Under the pieces are notes generated by a model. The model saw only the letters and a list, made by a program, of their open reading frames with translations, did not search any database and was not told where the DNA came from. Positions 61,543 to 64,000 of a stretch of DNA of 64,000 nt are shown one piece after another (within the stretch, counting starts at the first letter, position 1; every line of letters starts with the position of its first letter). Position numbers and translations under genes: made by a program. Source of the stretch: Takakia lepidozioides (taxonomy: Eukaryota > Plantae > Bryophyta); assembly GCA_030704615.1 (NCBI GenBank), contig CM060734.1:44826001-44890000 (forward strand), written 5' to 3'.

Positions 61543-62534
61543 TTGTGCAATATTGTAGGAAATGTAACAAGGAGTTGATGTTGCTGGCTGAAAGTGCTGA
61601 AAATCTCCTCTGCTAGTGCACCATGTGCTTGTTAAGGGTACATTCTCCGTTAAGTGGAGCCTGAACTATGGTCTTAAGATGTTAAGGGAGGGCTGGCAAT
61701 TTACAGTCCCGTCTTTCCTGGGCCGATTTGAGAAGAACTGCCATGCTCCTCATGCTGGTACTTAGGAGTGCAGTAGGCGCAGGAAGTTACAGTGTACGTT
61801 GCACACATCACACCTCACTCTTCTCTTGTAGTAGATCAATGTTAAAGGAAAAGATCATCTTCAACCCTGGCATTTCAGAGATGCATCAGCATGGCTAGTG
61901 AAATCCTACTGTTTCCAGTATTGAGGAGGGAACTTAAGCTGGTGAGTAGTTTGAATGGCTGGTGGTTTCACTTTCTTGCCAGTAACTTCGTTAGTCTTCA
62001 TCCACAAAGATCGGCGTATACCCACCTCTTGCATGTCGTCTCGAATGTTTTCAGTATCCTTCCAACCAAAGAGAAAACCCAACAGAGTAGTGCTAATATA
62101 GACTGCCAATCAAATGATAAAACGATGGTGAACAGTATTGCAGTTGGCTCTGTCCCTGAGAATCAACAGACCAGGCACGCTTTTCGTGCCCCTCAGTGAT
62201 GACGGCAAGGTGTCTTTTAGTCTGTTAGGCTGTAGTTGCTTCATACTGTGGTAGATATGGTGTGACGAGATACTCGCGCTGAGTGTCTTCTGATGGAGGG
62301 GGTTTCTCCTAGGTTCCAAAGAGGTGGGGAATGATGAGGGTTTGGCATTTTGCAAGTGAAAGTACAAGGCAAGAGAGAACCCTAGAGAGCAAGGGATGTG
62401 GGAGATGGCTGTGTGGGGGTGGGTAGACAGATGAGTAACGGTATTGTCGCTAACTTGTCGTTTCATTGAGAGATGGTGACAGACTGAGACAGAGCTGGGC
62501 GTCGGGAGAGCTGGGTAGGGTGCATACTTTAGTG

Positions 62535-64000
62535 ATGACTGGAGTGGAAGCTGTGGTGAAGGGGAGCAGTGGTGATTTCAGGCGCAGCCTGCGCTCCAGC
62601 TCGCGCGCGCTTCCTGTACCCACCTCGATGCAGGGGAATTTAGTCGATTCGAAGATCAAATTCAGGAAAGTAAAGAGTGTGAGTTCTAAGATAGGAAACA
62701 AGTCTGCAAAAACTGGGCTCTTGTCCGGGGAGGGGAGACCTGATGGCTTGTCAAGTGGCCCAACGTCAGATGTCGAGCAAGATATGAAGACGGTTGCAGC
62801 GGACCTGGGGAAGGTAAAAATGCGGGTTTCCATAGATACTATGGATATCAAGTTGAGGGCAGTCCAGGAGAGACTCAGTTTGAAGAGGGAGGGTTGGCAG
62901 GTTATTTCTGTCACTGACAGAGAGGAGGGGTTGGGAAATACTGACATGGCAAATGCTGACACGGTCAGGGAAGGGTCAGGAAGAGGGAGGAGACAGAGGT
63001 CGCGTACTGGTGTTCTTGCAGCACCTCCTTCAATTCTACTTGCCTCTGAAGAATTAGATGGCGGTGTTCTAGGGGATGGGACTGTGATGGAGATAGGAAG
63101 CAATTCAGAGAGGGAGGTGGAAAGAAGGGATGGGCTGCAGAGTGCATGTGACATCTCGTGTCAATTACGACTTGGTATAGATGCTCAGGCACATGTGAAG
63201 ATAGCTACCTTGCCAATGAAAGAGATGGCTTGGAGCTTAAGTCTATTACATAGCGATACAATTGCGGCGGCCACAGAGCATCTGAAGGGGGCCGATGCAA
63301 GGCTGCGAGTAGTCATAGAAAGGCATAATCAAGGCCCCAAATTTGAACGATGCAGCAGTTGCTTTGCAGCATTGACTCGCAGCATCGTGTTCCAGCAGCT
63401 TGCCACCAAGGCTGCCTCTGCGGTCTATGCCCGTCTAGTGATCCTTTGTGGGGTACTTTCGCTGACTTCTTCTCGTCAATAAATATGCAGCTCCTTGCGA
63501 GTTCTCTTTTATAGATAGTTGCTGGGCAGAAGCTCATCTTCAGAACTGGGCGTAGGATTATAATTTTGGGTAGAAGCAGAACCTAGTATTTTGTTTTCTT
63601 CCGTTTTAACATTGGTTGTGGCAAAAGGGGGCAGATTGTGTGACGCCACAGACGGTAGCTGGGCTGACTGCGCTGCAGCTGCGGGAAAGCGGTATCTCAG
63701 GACGCAAGGCGAGCTATCTTCATGATCTGGCCCACAATTTTCTGTCAGGAGCTCTCTCTGACGACACCCTTTTGTCCATGGAGGAGGATGCACTCATGGT
63801 AGGGTTGACAGCAGTGAAGGGCATTGGAGTGTGGTCAGCACACATGTTTATGATATTTTGGCTGCATAAGGCTGATGTTCTCCCTGTTGGGGACTTGGCA
63901 GTTCGGAAAGGCTTCCAGAAGTTGTATCAGCTCAAGGCCTTACCATCACCCCCCCAGATGGAGGAGCTAGCAGCTTGTTGGCAACCTTATCGATCTTTAG
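62535..64000 (+). CDS. DNA-3-methyladenine glycosylase (HhH-GPD/AlkA family), partial; exons ~62535-63452 and 63628 to window end; start codon uncertain
   Basis: FAALTRSIVFQQLATKAASAVYAR, GISGRKASYLHDLA, LTAVKGIGVWSAHMFMIF..DVLPVGDLAVRKG, WQPYRS. Confidence 0.92.

Noticed and set aside
62450-63154. 234-aa minus-strand ORF
   Set aside because: Antisense shadow of the glycosylase N-terminal exon; no independent motifs.

Overview
Eukaryotic, intron-rich land-plant-type DNA. PLS/E-class PPR fragments and a PIH1-domain gene point tentatively to a non-angiosperm such as a bryophyte, lycophyte or fern (inference). The left ~27.5 kb is a transposon/pseudogene graveyard. It holds a ~571-bp tandem array of a frameshifted B3-domain segment, CACTA termini (one complete 4.7-kb non-autonomous element with a TGA TSD carrying PPR fragments), and an RPS3a pseudogene fused and tandemly repeated with PPR E-motif pieces. 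It also holds a long minus-strand CACTA-like relic (DUF4216-type transposase end, Ulp1 protease, zinc-finger and unknown ORFs). The right ~36 kb is gene-dense: NDUFS7/PSST, TTL (allantoin synthase), a PIH1-domain gene, plastid-type aldo-keto reductase 1, tocopherol cyclase VTE1, eIF3m, aldo-keto reductase 2 and a 3-methyladenine glycosylase that runs off the end. The VTE1-eIF3m block is bracketed by a ~0.6-kb direct duplication of the AKR1 5' end/promoter. All exon calls were read by eye from splice signals and recalled protein motifs; no searches were run.
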